Shown here piece after piece: positions 48,756 through 59,000 of a DNA stretch of 64,000 nucleotides. The DNA lies in NCBI GenBank assembly GCA_965649265.1, contig CBFGKC010000004.1:122590-186589 (forward strand), in the 5' to 3' direction. The notes beneath the pieces are model-generated. The model was not told where the DNA came from and made no database searches. It was given only the letters and a program-made list of their open reading frames with translations. The DNA comes from a candidate division WOR-3 bacterium. Its GTDB lineage: Bacteria; Hydrothermota; Tepidihabitantia; B3-TA06. Positions within the stretch are counted from its first letter, which is position 1, and each line of letters starts with the position of its first letter. Position numbers and translations under genes: made by a program.

Positions 48756-48920
48756 AGCGCCGGGGGCGCTGGGCGCAAGCTGGGCTTCCGCCATTTCATT
48801 TCCACCAAGTCTAAGGTGGAGCGCCGGAGGCGCATTGGCAGAAACCTCCGGCTTCTGCTGTATCACTATTACCAATTTAATGATAGCGCCGGAGGCGCAT
48901 TGGCAGAATGGAATTCTGCT
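48756..48920 (+). repeat. Cluster of REP-like family A elements between convergent acr3 and rdgB
   Basis: AGCGCCGGAGGCGCATTGGCAGAA is identical at 48820-48843 and 48885-48908, each followed by TTCTGCTG; degenerate copy at 48756. Confidence 0.8.
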
Positions 48921-48970
48921 GAGGGGGGCGAGGAGGGGGAGGAGGGCGTCGCGGAGGGCTTATTTCCAAA

Positions 48971-49591
48971 TTAACGGTTCAAGCTAATCTTTCTCAGATA
49001 ATCCGCCAGCTTCGCTATCGCCTTCGCGCGGTGGCTGATGCGGTTCTTGACAAGCATCCCGAGTTCGGCATTTGTCAGCGAAAATCCCTGCGGGATGAAG
49101 ATTGGGTCGTAACCGAATCCCTCCTGGCCCCTGTACTCGAATCCTATCCATCCCTCGAGAACACCCTCAAAAGAACTTTCCTCGCCGCCCTCCTCCCCCT
49201 CCTCGCAGCCCTTCAGGAGAACGAGCGTTGCCCTGAAGCGTGCGGTTCTCGAATACATGGGTACGTCCTTAAGCTCGGCAAGAATCAGCCTGCACTTTTC
49301 GGGATGAGGAAGCTCTTCGCCTCCGTATCTGGCAGATAGAGCCCCCGGCCTTCCACCCAGCGCATCTATCTCGAGCCCGGAATCCTCTCCGCATATCATG
49401 CCGTCGAAAACATTTCTGTAAGCCGCGGCCTTCATGCGGGCGTTGTCCGCGTAGTTCTCGCCTTCCACAACGTCTTTTCCCCGTAAAGAAAGCTCGGCGG
49501 GCGTCATCACATCGACAATCCCGCCGAGTAGTTTCTTAAATTCTTTTATTTTGCCCTGGTTAGATGATGCAACCAGAAGTCTATTGTGCAT
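48971..49591 (-). CDS. rdgB: Non-canonical purine NTP pyrophosphatase (RdgB/HAM1)
   Basis: SN.GK..E; DSGL.IDAL.G.PG..SAR; GFGYDPIF; KN.ISHR. Confidence 0.93.
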   Translation of the reverse strand: MHNRLLVASSNQGKIKEFKKLLGGIVDVMTPAELSLRGKDVVEGENYADNARMKAAAYRNVFDGMICGEDSGLEIDALGGRPGALSARYGGEELPHPEKCRLILAELKDVPMYSRTARFRATLVLLKGCEEGEEGGEESSFEGVLEGWIGFEYRGQEGFGYDPIFIPQGFSLTNAELGMLVKNRISHRAKAIAKLADYLRKISLNR

Positions 49592-49982
49592 TTACCTCCG
49601 TTTGAACTATCCAGGCGTCCAAGTACCCGAGGTTTTTGGCCTTCTCGCGGAGTATCTCTGCATCGGAGCGGTTCTTGTAGTCGCCTACGCGAACCTTGTA
49701 GTAATTGTTGTCGAACTCGACATATATCTGCTCGGTGAACTTGAAACGCGCTTCACTGGCTATCTTTTCAGCGCCTTCGTTGGTGCTGGACGCGAAGATC
49801 TGTACCCTGTAACCGGGTACCTTGTTCCCGCTCAGGTTCGTCGTGGTCGTAGTCGTTGTGGTCTGCTTCTCCATGTCGTACAGGGAATAATCCTGACCGG
49901 GTGAAACCACCTTGGTGGTTTTTCTGGGTGTGCAGGCTATGGCCGCCACCAGGATAAGCGCCAGTGCAATCAAACGTTTCAT
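49581..49982 (-). CDS. SPOR-domain lipoprotein
   Basis: Lipobox AIAC; GYRVQI...YKVRVG.Y...A...DAWIV. Confidence 0.88.
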   Translation of the reverse strand: MKRLIALALILVAAIACTPRKTTKVVSPGQDYSLYDMEKQTTTTTTTTNLSGNKVPGYRVQIFASSTNEGAEKIASEARFKFTEQIYVEFDNNYYKVRVGDYKNRSDAEILREKAKNLGYLDAWIVQTEVNAQ

Positions 49983-49993
49983 TTATGCACCTC

Positions 49994-51040
49994 CTAGGGT
50001 GTTCGAGACGCACGCCGGACAAGAAGCTTCTTGATATCGGCCGCTCTCTCTTTTGCGCATACGAGCACTGTATCTTGCGTTTTTACAATAACTAAATTGC
50101 GCACTCCCAACAGGGCAACCTCGCCCTCGGGCGCGACAACTATACATTCTTCACTATCCAATGATATAAGTTTACCGACACTTACGCTTTTGTCAACCCC
50201 TTTTTTCAGGTGACGTTCAATAGCCGTCCACGAACCGACGTCGTCCCAGAGAAATCGTGCCCGAAGAACGGCAACATTTGGAGACTTCTCCATGACGGCG
50301 TAGTCGATAGATGTCGCTTCGAGTTTCGAGTAAGATGCCCTGGTCACGCGATTTGAACCCCCGGCCAGGAGACCTTTGTAAGTCCCAGGAGCATGGACCT
50401 TGAACGCTTCTATTATCGAACCTGCCCTCCACACGAACATCCCTGAGTTCCACAGGTGTTTCCCCGATTTAAGGTAGCTTTTTGCCGTCGCCTCGCTCGG
50501 CTTCTCGTGGAACTTCTTGACTTTGAAACCGTCCCTGCAAAGCGGTTTTTTCTCCTCAATCTCAATGTAACCGTAGCCGGTTTCGGGTCTTTCAGGCTTT
50601 ATGCCGAAGGTCACGAGATAGCCCTTGCGGGCAAGCTCGGCCGCTTTTCCCAAGTCGTTAAGAAAGGCCTTCTTAGGCGAGATCAGGTGGTCGGCGGGCA
50701 GCACGGCCATGACTGAGTCGGGTTTGTTCCTCAAGCTCCTTGCGGCAAGCGCTATGGCGGGTGCGGTGTTGCGGCCTTCGGGTTCCACAATCAGATTTTC
50801 CTTTTTTACCCACCGGAGCTCCTCCTTCAGGGGCCTCACGAGATGGGGCGGCAGCACGAAGAGAATCCTCTTGCGGGGCACAAGCGGCAGAATCCTTTCC
50901 ACCGTCTCCTCGATCATCGATTTCTGAGAAAAAATCCTCAAAAACTGCTTCGGACGCTCGGGGGTGCTTAAGGGCCAGAAGCGCTCGCCCCTGCCGCCCA
51001 CGAGGAACACGGCGTAAATCTCAGTACCTTTTTTTGTCAT
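49994..51040 (-). CDS. manC: Mannose-1-phosphate guanylyltransferase
   Basis: GG.G.RFWPLS....PKQF; EP.GRNTAPA; PETGYGYI; WNSGMF; SIDYAVME; WDDVGSW. Confidence 0.93.
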   Translation of the reverse strand: MTKKGTEIYAVFLVGGRGERFWPLSTPERPKQFLRIFSQKSMIEETVERILPLVPRKRILFVLPPHLVRPLKEELRWVKKENLIVEPEGRNTAPAIALAARSLRNKPDSVMAVLPADHLISPKKAFLNDLGKAAELARKGYLVTFGIKPERPETGYGYIEIEEKKPLCRDGFKVKKFHEKPSEATAKSYLKSGKHLWNSGMFVWRAGSIIEAFKVHAPGTYKGLLAGGSNRVTRASYSKLEATSIDYAVMEKSPNVAVLRARFLWDDVGSWTAIERHLKKGVDKSVSVGKLISLDSEECIVVAPEGEVALLGVRNLVIVKTQDTVLVCAKERAADIKKLLVRRASRTP

Positions 51041-51102
51041 AGGTGTAACTCCATATTAAAGTTAGACGTACTCCTTTGTCGTAAAGGTTCCGTGGGGTGA
51101 TT

Positions 51103-51792
51103 TTATTCCTTCCATACCCACTTAAGACGCGCAGTGATGGAGCCGATGGTCATGACCGTCTTGATCAATGCCGGCGAGAGGTCGCCATCCTTTGTGAGAT
51201 AGAAAATCAATGTCCCGCCCGGACCGAACCCCGATTTTCCCGAGACCTCGGGTACGAGTTTTGTACACAAAAAGCTACCTTCTTTGGAAGCGCTAGAGCG
51301 TACTTGTGTTTCGCTCACCGCTTTTACTATGGCTTTGTCCGTCTTTCTGTCCGCGTGAAGTATAACCGTTCTTTGTTCTCCAAGCTTCAAGGGATTGATC
51401 CTGAAATAATAATAAATCGATACAATATCCAGCGTTCCGGGGTCCAGGGGATATGTAGCACCGTCCTCGTACTTTATGACCCCCTCCCCCCAGTCGTAGC
51501 GAACCCGGATCAGCGTGTCGTAGTTTTTCTCGTGCATGCGCTTCTCGAAGTAAAGGGTCTTGAACGAGTCCTTCGTTACATAAGAATACAACGTGTCATT
51601 TATGGTCACGAGCCAGTCCAGATCCGGAAGCGAATTCAAAACCGACCGAAATCGGTAGCAGGCTTTGCCCTCAAACTCCGTTTCTATGACCGATAGGCGC
51701 ATCTCGCCCGCGTAAACGGGTCCGAGGTTGACGTCGTAGGTCAGAACCTCTTTCTGTGGCAGCGCTGACAGAACCAGTAAAATCAAACTCAT
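51103..51792 (-). CDS. DUF3108-like exported protein
   Basis: E.LTY.V..G...AG; D..S.YY.R; GSI.A.L. Confidence 0.7.
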   Translation of the reverse strand: MSLILLVLSALPQKEVLTYDVNLGPVYAGEMRLSVIETEFEGKACYRFRSVLNSLPDLDWLVTINDTLYSYVTKDSFKTLYFEKRMHEKNYDTLIRVRYDWGEGVIKYEDGATYPLDPGTLDIVSIYYYFRINPLKLGEQRTVILHADRKTDKAIVKAVSETQVRSSASKEGSFLCTKLVPEVSGKSGFGPGGTLIFYLTKDGDLSPALIKTVMTIGSITARLKWVWKE

Positions 51793-51900
51793 ATGCTTCT
51801 CCTAAGTCTAAATGGAAATACAGTAATGTCAACGAATTATTTCATCAGGGATTAGTACGAATCACTAACGCTTCCGTACTCTCTTGTCCTAGTATACTCC

Positions 51901-52509
51901 TCACTGAGCCTTGTAGACCGTGTCCTTGCCGTTGTAGAACCAGAGGAGGCGGTCGATTGAGCCAGAACTACCTCCATTACCTTCATTTGTGCTAAAGTTA
52001 TACCCTTGCAGAATTACTCCGATCCCTTTCAGGCGTCTTACTCCGTTCCATCCCTCATCTTCAGGGCATTCTCCATAATAATGATCTAATGAAAGTTTAT
52101 CTTCAAAGTAGCTTATTTGAAGGCCGTATTGGTTTTGCCAAGTCATATTCTGGGCAACGGTAATAGGGATTGTGTCGTAGTGAAAATCAGGATTTCCTAA
52201 AGGTACTTTAAGTTCCCAGATTTTTATTGGATTATCCAATTCTAGCGTTGCACCTCCCGTGAAAAATAAAGTGTCTGCTATCTGAGAGGAGTCGGTTACT
52301 TCAATCTTGAAGGTGTCATATTTGTTCCAATTGTTTTCATCGTCCGGAAAAGAATGCCAGTTATGGTTCTCATAGCACCACTCATACCCCAGCCCGAACG
52401 GGAAGTAAGTGGTGTCTAGGTCGATGTCGTCGTGGGCGATATTATGCTGGCAGCCGGTAATAATCACCACTATCCCAAAACACAAAACGGCGAGTCTAAT
52501 CGTTTTCAT
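51901..52509 (-). CDS. Lipoprotein, head domain only (0 stalk domains)
   Basis: Lipobox ITGC; DLDTTYFPFGLGYEWCYE...KGIG...LLWFYNGKDTVYKA. Confidence 0.85.
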   Translation of the reverse strand: MKTIRLAVLCFGIVVIITGCQHNIAHDDIDLDTTYFPFGLGYEWCYENHNWHSFPDDENNWNKYDTFKIEVTDSSQIADTLFFTGGATLELDNPIKIWELKVPLGNPDFHYDTIPITVAQNMTWQNQYGLQISYFEDKLSLDHYYGECPEDEGWNGVRRLKGIGVILQGYNFSTNEGNGGSSGSIDRLLWFYNGKDTVYKAQ

Positions 52510-52520
52510 CCATCACCTCC

Positions 52521-53426
52521 TTAAGGTGCCTTATACACAGTATCTTTGCCGTTATAGATCCAGAGAAGGGTGTAACTCATATCTTCCCAATCATCGCCAT
52601 ATATATATAGGTCTCCTTCTTGATACACTGCTCCTATTCCTCTCATAAAAATCGAGGTGGTGTCTCTTGTACCTTGCAACCCTTGAGTCCAGCCAAAGTA
52701 TTTACGGAAGTAAGAGTGTACCTCGAGGCTGTCATCCACATAACTTATCTTTCGACCATAAGAAATTAGTGTATCCCCCTGGTTATAAGATTTCTCAGTT
52801 GAATCTTCGCGAGGGATGACAGGGACTGGTCCCCAGTCTATAAGTTCTACTCGATTCCTGCGAATCTTGGCGGTTTCGCCTAAAAAGAAAAGGCTTCCTT
52901 CGAGTTTGAAAAGAAGCGTATCGGAATCCCAAAAGGAATCGATTACTTTCACGAAAGTTGTATCGTAAAGGCTGTTAATCCAATCATGTGTCTCGTAGCA
53001 CCATTCATATCCCATGCCGAAGGGGAAATAGGTAGTGTCGAGATCGAGAGGGAATACGAATTCTCTGATATGGAACTTGCGAGGGGATGGGTATATCAAT
53101 GTGTCCGTAAGTGAATCCATGACGCCCACGGTCCATTCGTAGACGCCGATGTCTGCAGAAAGAAAGTCATCCATTGAAAGGGAATAGCTCGTATCCGTTA
53201 CACAGTTTGAAACGAGCGCATGTGAACTCCACAAAGAATCCTTTAATATCATCAGATAGTATTCTTGACCGCTTTGTCCGGACCACACGAAGGTGGGGGG
53301 GAGGGAGTCGAAAACGGCACCATCCTCAGGCTCTATCAACACCGGAGCCTCGGGTTCAGGCTGCTGGCAGCCGGCGACAATCGCCGTAATCACAAAACAC
53401 AAAACAAAAAATCTAATCGCTTTCAT
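52521..53426 (-). CDS. Lipoprotein, 1 Ig/FnIII-like stalk domain plus head
   Basis: Lipobox VAGC; PVLIEPEDGAVFDSLPPTFVW; same head termini. Confidence 0.85.
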   Translation of the reverse strand: MKAIRFFVLCFVITAIVAGCQQPEPEAPVLIEPEDGAVFDSLPPTFVWSGQSGQEYYLMILKDSLWSSHALVSNCVTDTSYSLSMDDFLSADIGVYEWTVGVMDSLTDTLIYPSPRKFHIREFVFPLDLDTTYFPFGMGYEWCYETHDWINSLYDTTFVKVIDSFWDSDTLLFKLEGSLFFLGETAKIRRNRVELIDWGPVPVIPREDSTEKSYNQGDTLISYGRKISYVDDSLEVHSYFRKYFGWTQGLQGTRDTTSIFMRGIGAVYQEGDLYIYGDDWEDMSYTLLWIYNGKDTVYKAP

Positions 53427-53437
53427 TTATGTCCTCC

Positions 53438-54655
53438 TTAAGGTGCCTTATACACCGTATCCTTGCCGTTGTAGAAGTAAAGGAGACGGAAGTTTTCGTC
53501 TTCTATTGTAGAACACATGTTTGATTGATCGCTATAATTTCTTTGTGTTAGAGATCCAATACCTTTAACGCGAGTTATAACCTGTTCGTAATGTCCATAT
53601 TCAACACCGTAACTCCAATCATATGAGATATCAAGAATTTTCAAGGAGTCGCTTCTATAGGAGATGTAAAAATCACGGGAAGAGGCACATCCGCAACATT
53701 CTTCATAAGTGTGCTTGTGATCGGGTTCGGGAACGATATTTACCCAGTACCCCATAAGGCGTATTTGATTTTTTTTGATTTTTACAGGATTTGACAAATC
53801 GAAGAAAGTTCTACCCCCAAGCTTAACAAGAAGCATGCTTTCGTCCCAAAACGAATCTGTAACAGTAATTTTGACGGTATCAATGAGATCGGTATACTCT
53901 TCGCATCCATAGTTATTGTATATATAGTGCCTCTCGTAGCACCACTCGTACCCGAGCCCGAATGGGAAGTAGGTGGTGTCTAGATCAAGAGGAGGGAGGG
54001 GGAGTTCCTCAACTTTGAATGTTTTGGGGAAGGAGTACATTACTTCGCCGGTTGCCTTATCCACGACCCCTACCGTCCATTCGTATGTGCCGCTATCGGA
54101 TGACTTAAAATCGTTCAAAGGCATGGTAAAGGACGTATCCTGAATATTGACCCAAATCAGGTAGTTATCGTTCCAGAGAGAGTCTTTGAATACTCTTAGG
54201 TAATATTCACTTACATCCTCCTTAGACCATACGAAGGTGGGAGGGATGGAGTCGAACACGGCGCCGTCAGCAGGGGAGATGAGTGCTGGTACGTTCTCTC
54301 TTGTATCTATATAAAAAGTCCTGATTTCGCTCCAGAGATAGCCCGTATCAGCCTCGACTGCAACGCGCCATTTTATTGTGGCACATTCAGTTACTTCTAT
54401 TGATAATGTGCGGGTTGTATCACTTTGTTCAATTAAGTCTGATGTGTCTGAGTGGGTTCCAACAGTAACGATCAAAACTACAAGATATCTTCCTTCAGGA
54501 TTGCTTGCGTTCCAGATAAGGATAGGCTTAGTGGTATCGAACACCGCCCCATCTTCTGGTGCAATCAGCACCGGCACTTGGGGTTCAGGCCGCTGGCAGC
54601 CGGCGAAAATCGCAAGGATCGATATCGATAAAAGGGTAAACCAGAAATACCTCAC
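53438..54655 (-). CDS. Lipoprotein, 2 Ig/FnIII-like stalk domains plus head
   Basis: Lipobox FAGC; two P.LI.P.DGAVFD...P...W units; same head termini. Confidence 0.85.
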   Translation of the reverse strand: MRYFWFTLLSISILAIFAGCQRPEPQVPVLIAPEDGAVFDTTKPILIWNASNPEGRYLVVLIVTVGTHSDTSDLIEQSDTTRTLSIEVTECATIKWRVAVEADTGYLWSEIRTFYIDTRENVPALISPADGAVFDSIPPTFVWSKEDVSEYYLRVFKDSLWNDNYLIWVNIQDTSFTMPLNDFKSSDSGTYEWTVGVVDKATGEVMYSFPKTFKVEELPLPPLDLDTTYFPFGLGYEWCYERHYIYNNYGCEEYTDLIDTVKITVTDSFWDESMLLVKLGGRTFFDLSNPVKIKKNQIRLMGYWVNIVPEPDHKHTYEECCGCASSRDFYISYRSDSLKILDISYDWSYGVEYGHYEQVITRVKGIGSLTQRNYSDQSNMCSTIEDENFRLLYFYNGKDTVYKAP

Positions 54656-54685
54656 GTTTTACCTCCGTTTCCGTTTACTTGTACG

Positions 54686-54713
54686 ATTTTAAGCAGGCTT
54701 CGCTGCTTGTCAA
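54686..54713 (-). promoter_or_regulatory. sigma70 promoter of the lipoprotein trio
   Basis: Minus strand TTGACA-N16-TAAAAT. Confidence 0.7.
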
Positions 54714-54749
54714 GCGGTCAAAGTTGCCTGAATCATAAGCTTATTCCGG

Positions 54750-54777
54750 TTGACAACATGGCTTGCCAGACTATAAT
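54750..54777 (+). promoter_or_regulatory. sigma70 promoter of the hdr operon
   Basis: TTGACA-N16-TATAAT. Confidence 0.8.
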
Positions 54778-54786
54778 CCCCTCTAA

Positions 54787-55194
54787 ATGATTGAACTTGG
54801 AAAGAAGTCCAAATCCACAAACGACGTACTCGAAAAGGTCGCGCGTGTTTCAGAAGTTGACGTTTTCGCGTGCTATCAGTGTGGTCGCTGCTCGGGCGAC
54901 TGCCCTTCCATCAATTCCATGGACATCCTTCCCAACCAGGCCATACGCCTCACCCAACTCGGTGAGATAGATCGTCTTCTCGCGTCAAAGACCATATGGG
55001 TCTGCGCATCGTGTTTTACGTGCACGTCGCGTTGTCCGAAAGGCATCGATATCGCGCGTGTCCTGGAGGTTCTCAGACAGGTGTGTTTAAGAAAGAATAT
55101 TGATTCGCTCGACCTCAATCAGATTTCCGAAGAAGAACGCACAAAGTATCCGGCTATCGCATGGGTTTCGGCGTTAAGGAAGCTTTCGGCCTGA
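54787..55194 (+). CDS. hdrC: Heterodisulfide reductase subunit C
   Basis: CYQCG.CS..CP and WVCASC.TC..RCP. Confidence 0.92.
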   Translation: MIELGKKSKSTNDVLEKVARVSEVDVFACYQCGRCSGDCPSINSMDILPNQAIRLTQLGEIDRLLASKTIWVCASCFTCTSRCPKGIDIARVLEVLRQVCLRKNIDSLDLNQISEEERTKYPAIAWVSALRKLSA

Positions 55195-56084
55195 TGGCAC
55201 AGATGCCCGCTCGCAGTTTCGCCTACTATCCCGGCTGCACGATGAAGACCACAGGAAAGGTTTTTGAAGAGTCAACGTTTGCGGTCACGAACGCGCTCGG
55301 CATCGAGCTCAAGGAACTGGACCGCTGGAACTGCTGCGGAACCGTTTTTTCACTCGCGAAGGATGATACCATGCACCAGATGGCGACCATCCGCAACATG
55401 ATGCGGGTGGAAGCGATGGGCATGCGTGAGGTGGTCACGCTTTGTTCCATGTGCTACAACACACTCAAGCGCGCCAACGAATACATATCATCCGATCCCG
55501 TCAAACTTGCAGAACTCAACGACTTCATGTACGAGGAACCTGTAAAGTACTCGGGTAACATAAAGGTTCGCCACTTCCTCGAAATCCTTCGAGATGATGT
55601 AGGCTGGAAAGGCTTATCCGAAAAGATCGCGAAACCCTTGACCGGACTCAAGGTTGCGTCATATTACGGCTGTGCGCTAGTTAGGCCTTCAGGCGCGGGT
55701 GTCGACAATCTCGAAAACCCCGCCGTCCTGGAGGACCTTGTTCGTGCGCTTGGCGCGGAGCATGTAAGCTGGGCGTCGAGACTCGAGTGCTGCGGTTCCT
55801 ACCACACCATACCTCGCAAGGAGCTGGTCTTCGAGCGCGCGGAGCGAATAGTGGGCGAGGCGCGCAAGGCCGGAGCAGACCTCATCATACTTTCCTGCCC
55901 CTTATGCGAGTTCAACCTTGGCGCGCGCCAGCCCGAGGTCAAAGAAGCAAGGTACGGATTCAAGGGACTGCCTGTGCTTTACTTCACCCAACTCATGGGT
56001 CTGGCGCTCGGCATTAATCCCGGCGAACTCGGCATTACCGATGATTCCATCCTGAAAATCGTAAGCCAGAGGGGTGCGGCATGA
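55194..56084 (+). CDS. hdrB: Heterodisulfide reductase subunit B
   Basis: YYPGC, WNCCG, CSMC, YYGC, ECCG, CPLC (two CCG domains). Confidence 0.93.
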   Translation: MAQMPARSFAYYPGCTMKTTGKVFEESTFAVTNALGIELKELDRWNCCGTVFSLAKDDTMHQMATIRNMMRVEAMGMREVVTLCSMCYNTLKRANEYISSDPVKLAELNDFMYEEPVKYSGNIKVRHFLEILRDDVGWKGLSEKIAKPLTGLKVASYYGCALVRPSGAGVDNLENPAVLEDLVRALGAEHVSWASRLECCGSYHTIPRKELVFERAERIVGEARKAGADLIILSCPLCEFNLGARQPEVKEARYGFKGLPVLYFTQLMGLALGINPGELGITDDSILKIVSQRGAA

Positions 56085-59000
56085 GAAAGCCTCGCATAGG
56101 CGTGTTCGTCTGTCACTGCGGGCTCAATATCGCGGGAACCGTAGACGTGGAGCGTCTCGCTGAAGAAGCGCGAGGGATAGAGGGGGTGGTGTTCGCAAAG
56201 AGTTATATCTACATGTGTTCGGAGCCCGGGCAGGATCTCGTCGTCGAGACTATCAGGAACGAGCACCTTGACGGCATAGTCGTCGCAAACTGCTCGCCTA
56301 CTCTTCACGAGAAGACCTTCCGCAAAACAGGCCAGCGTGCGGGTCTCAATCCATACCGCGTCGAGATAGCCAACATCCGCGAGCAGGTCTCCTGGCCACA
56401 CCCCAAGGACAAGGAACAGGCCACCCGCAAGGCCTTGACTGTCGTCCGTGAAACGGTGCGCAAGCTCGCGCTCGACCGCAGCCTTGAACCCTTCCAGGTG
56501 CCGATTACCCATAAGGCGCTTGTCATCGGCGGCGGCGTAGCGGGTATTCAGGCGGCGCTCGATATCGCCGACGGCGGACACGAGGTATACCTCGTGGAGA
56601 AGCGTCCGACCATCGGCGGGAACATGCTCCAGCTTTCGGAGACGTTCCCGACGCTAGACTGCCCTCAGTGTATTATGACGCCAAAGATGACCGAAGCGGC
56701 CCAGCACCCCAACATCCATCTCCTTACGTATTCCGAAGTAGAGGAGGTCTCGGGCTACATCGGGAACTTCGACGTGAAGATTCGCCGCAAATCGCCTTAC
56801 ATAGACTGGTCCAAGTGCAACGGCTGTTCCGACTGCGCAAGGGTATGTCCGGTCGAGATGAAGTCGGAATGGGATCACGGGCTTTCAAGGCGCAAGGCCG
56901 CTTACAGGCCGTTCGCTCAGGCCGTGCCCAACAGGTTTACAATCGACAAATCAGACCAGGAGGCACCCTGCCGCGCCGCATGCCCGGTCCATCTGAACGC
57001 ACACGGATACGTGGCGGCGACATCTGCAAAAGAATACGGGCAGGCGCTCTCCATTATCCGCGACGAGGCATCGTTCCCGTTTGCGGGTATCGCAGGTCGT
57101 ATCTGCACGCACCCCTGCCAGCAGGCATGTTCCCGGAGTGAGGTTGATTCAAAGCCCGTAACCATAAAGCACATAAAGCGCTGGCTCGCGGACTGGGAAC
57201 TTCGCGAAAAGGGCGAGGCGGGCATGAGAGTCGAAATCGCAAAGCCGTCAGGTCAGAAGGTTGCGATAGTAGGGGCGGGTCCCGGAGGTCTTCAAGCGGC
57301 GGTCGATCTGGCAAAGGCCGGGCACGACGTTACGATCTTCGACGCACAAGACAGGCCGGGCGGAATGCTCTACTCAGGGATACCTTCTTTCCGGCTGCCC
57401 AAGGATGTGTTACAGAAAGAGTGTGAGCTGGTTTTCAAGCTCGGTGTCGGCTACAAGCCGAATACGACGATAGGCAAGGATATTGCGCTCAAGCAACTCA
57501 CAAAAGAATTCGACGCGGTCTACCTCTCTGTAGGCGCGTACAAGGAAGGGAAGATGAACATCCCCGGCGAGGAACTCGAAGGCGTCGGAGGAGGAGTTCA
57601 ATTCCTCGGCGCTCTTAACCGAGGCGATAAGCCGAAGGTTGGCAAGCGGGTCGCGGTCGTGGGCGGCGGAAACTCCGCGATGGATGCCGCGCGCTCGGCG
57701 CTCCGCATGGGGGCGGAAGTCACCGTTATCTACCGTCGTACCGAGAAGGAGATGCCTGCAATCGCGGATGAGGTTAAGGCAGCGAGTCAGGAGGGGGTAA
57801 AATTCATGCTTCTGGCCAATCCCGTTCGTTTTATCGGCGAAAACGGCAGACTCAAATCCGTAGAGGTAATCCACATGGAACTCGGCGAGCCCGATTCTTC
57901 CGGCAGGCGCCGTCCGGTTCCGGTGGAGGGTTCGGAAGAGATTCTCGAGTTCGACAACGTCTTCCTTGCTGTCGGCGAAAAGCCGGAGCTTTCCTTTATC
58001 ACCCCGGATGACGGAATCTCCCTGACATCATGGGGAACCATAGCCGTCGATGGAGAAATCCTCATCACCTCCAATCCCAAGGTTTTCGCCGGCGGCGACT
58101 GCGTCACCGGGCCCGCGACATTCATCGACGCCGCAGGTGCCGGCCGCAAGGCCGCGCGTTCGATAAACCTAATGCTCGAAGGCAAGGATTTCGCAAGCAA
58201 CCGTGCCAACGAACTATCCCGTAAGTCCGACCTCATAGGTGATAAGGACCTCGCATCTTCCACTATCCTCAAACATATGCCGGAGCTTTCCGTCGAAGAT
58301 CGCGTCTCCAACTTCAAGGAAGTCGAACTCGGTTACTGTGAAGAAGATATCGTCGAGCAGGCCAAACGCTGCATCCACTGCGGCGGATGTTCCGAATGCC
58401 GTCTCTGTGAGATAGCGTGCGAACCCAAGGCGGTCGCGCATTCGCTCAAGCACTGGACTGAAGAAGTCAATGTCGGCGCAATCGTCGTGGCGACCGGTTT
58501 CGAACTCATGCCGCTCGAACGCATGCCCGAATACGGAGGCGGCAAGTTCGCCAACGTCATCGACGCCATGCAGTTCGAGAGAATCCTATGCGCGTCCGGA
58601 CCGACCGCGGGCGAGGTGCGCCGACCGTCTGACGGCAAGGTACCAAAGAAGATTGCGTTCATTCACTGCGCGGGCTCTCGCGATCCCGAGCACGGGGTAG
58701 CTTACTGCTCCCGTGTTTGCTGCATGTATTCGATCAAGCAGGCAATGCTTTACAAGCATACCGTTCACGACGGAGACGCCTACCTCTTCTACATAGACAT
58801 CCGCTCAAACGGAAAGCGCTACGAGGAGTTCTACGCACGAACGATGCAGGAAGAACACGCGACGTTCATACGCGGCAAGGTCTCCCGGCTCTACGAACAG
58901 AATGGTGTGGTTACCGTCTACGCCGAGGATACGCTTACAGGTCAGCCTGTTACGCTTGACGCCGATCTGGTGGTCGTCGCTCCAGCGATGCTTCCTTCAA

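Noticed and set aside
51901-54655. Diversity-generating retroelement targets
   Set aside because: No reverse transcriptase or template repeat; differences are not adenine-specific and the C-termini are the conserved part.
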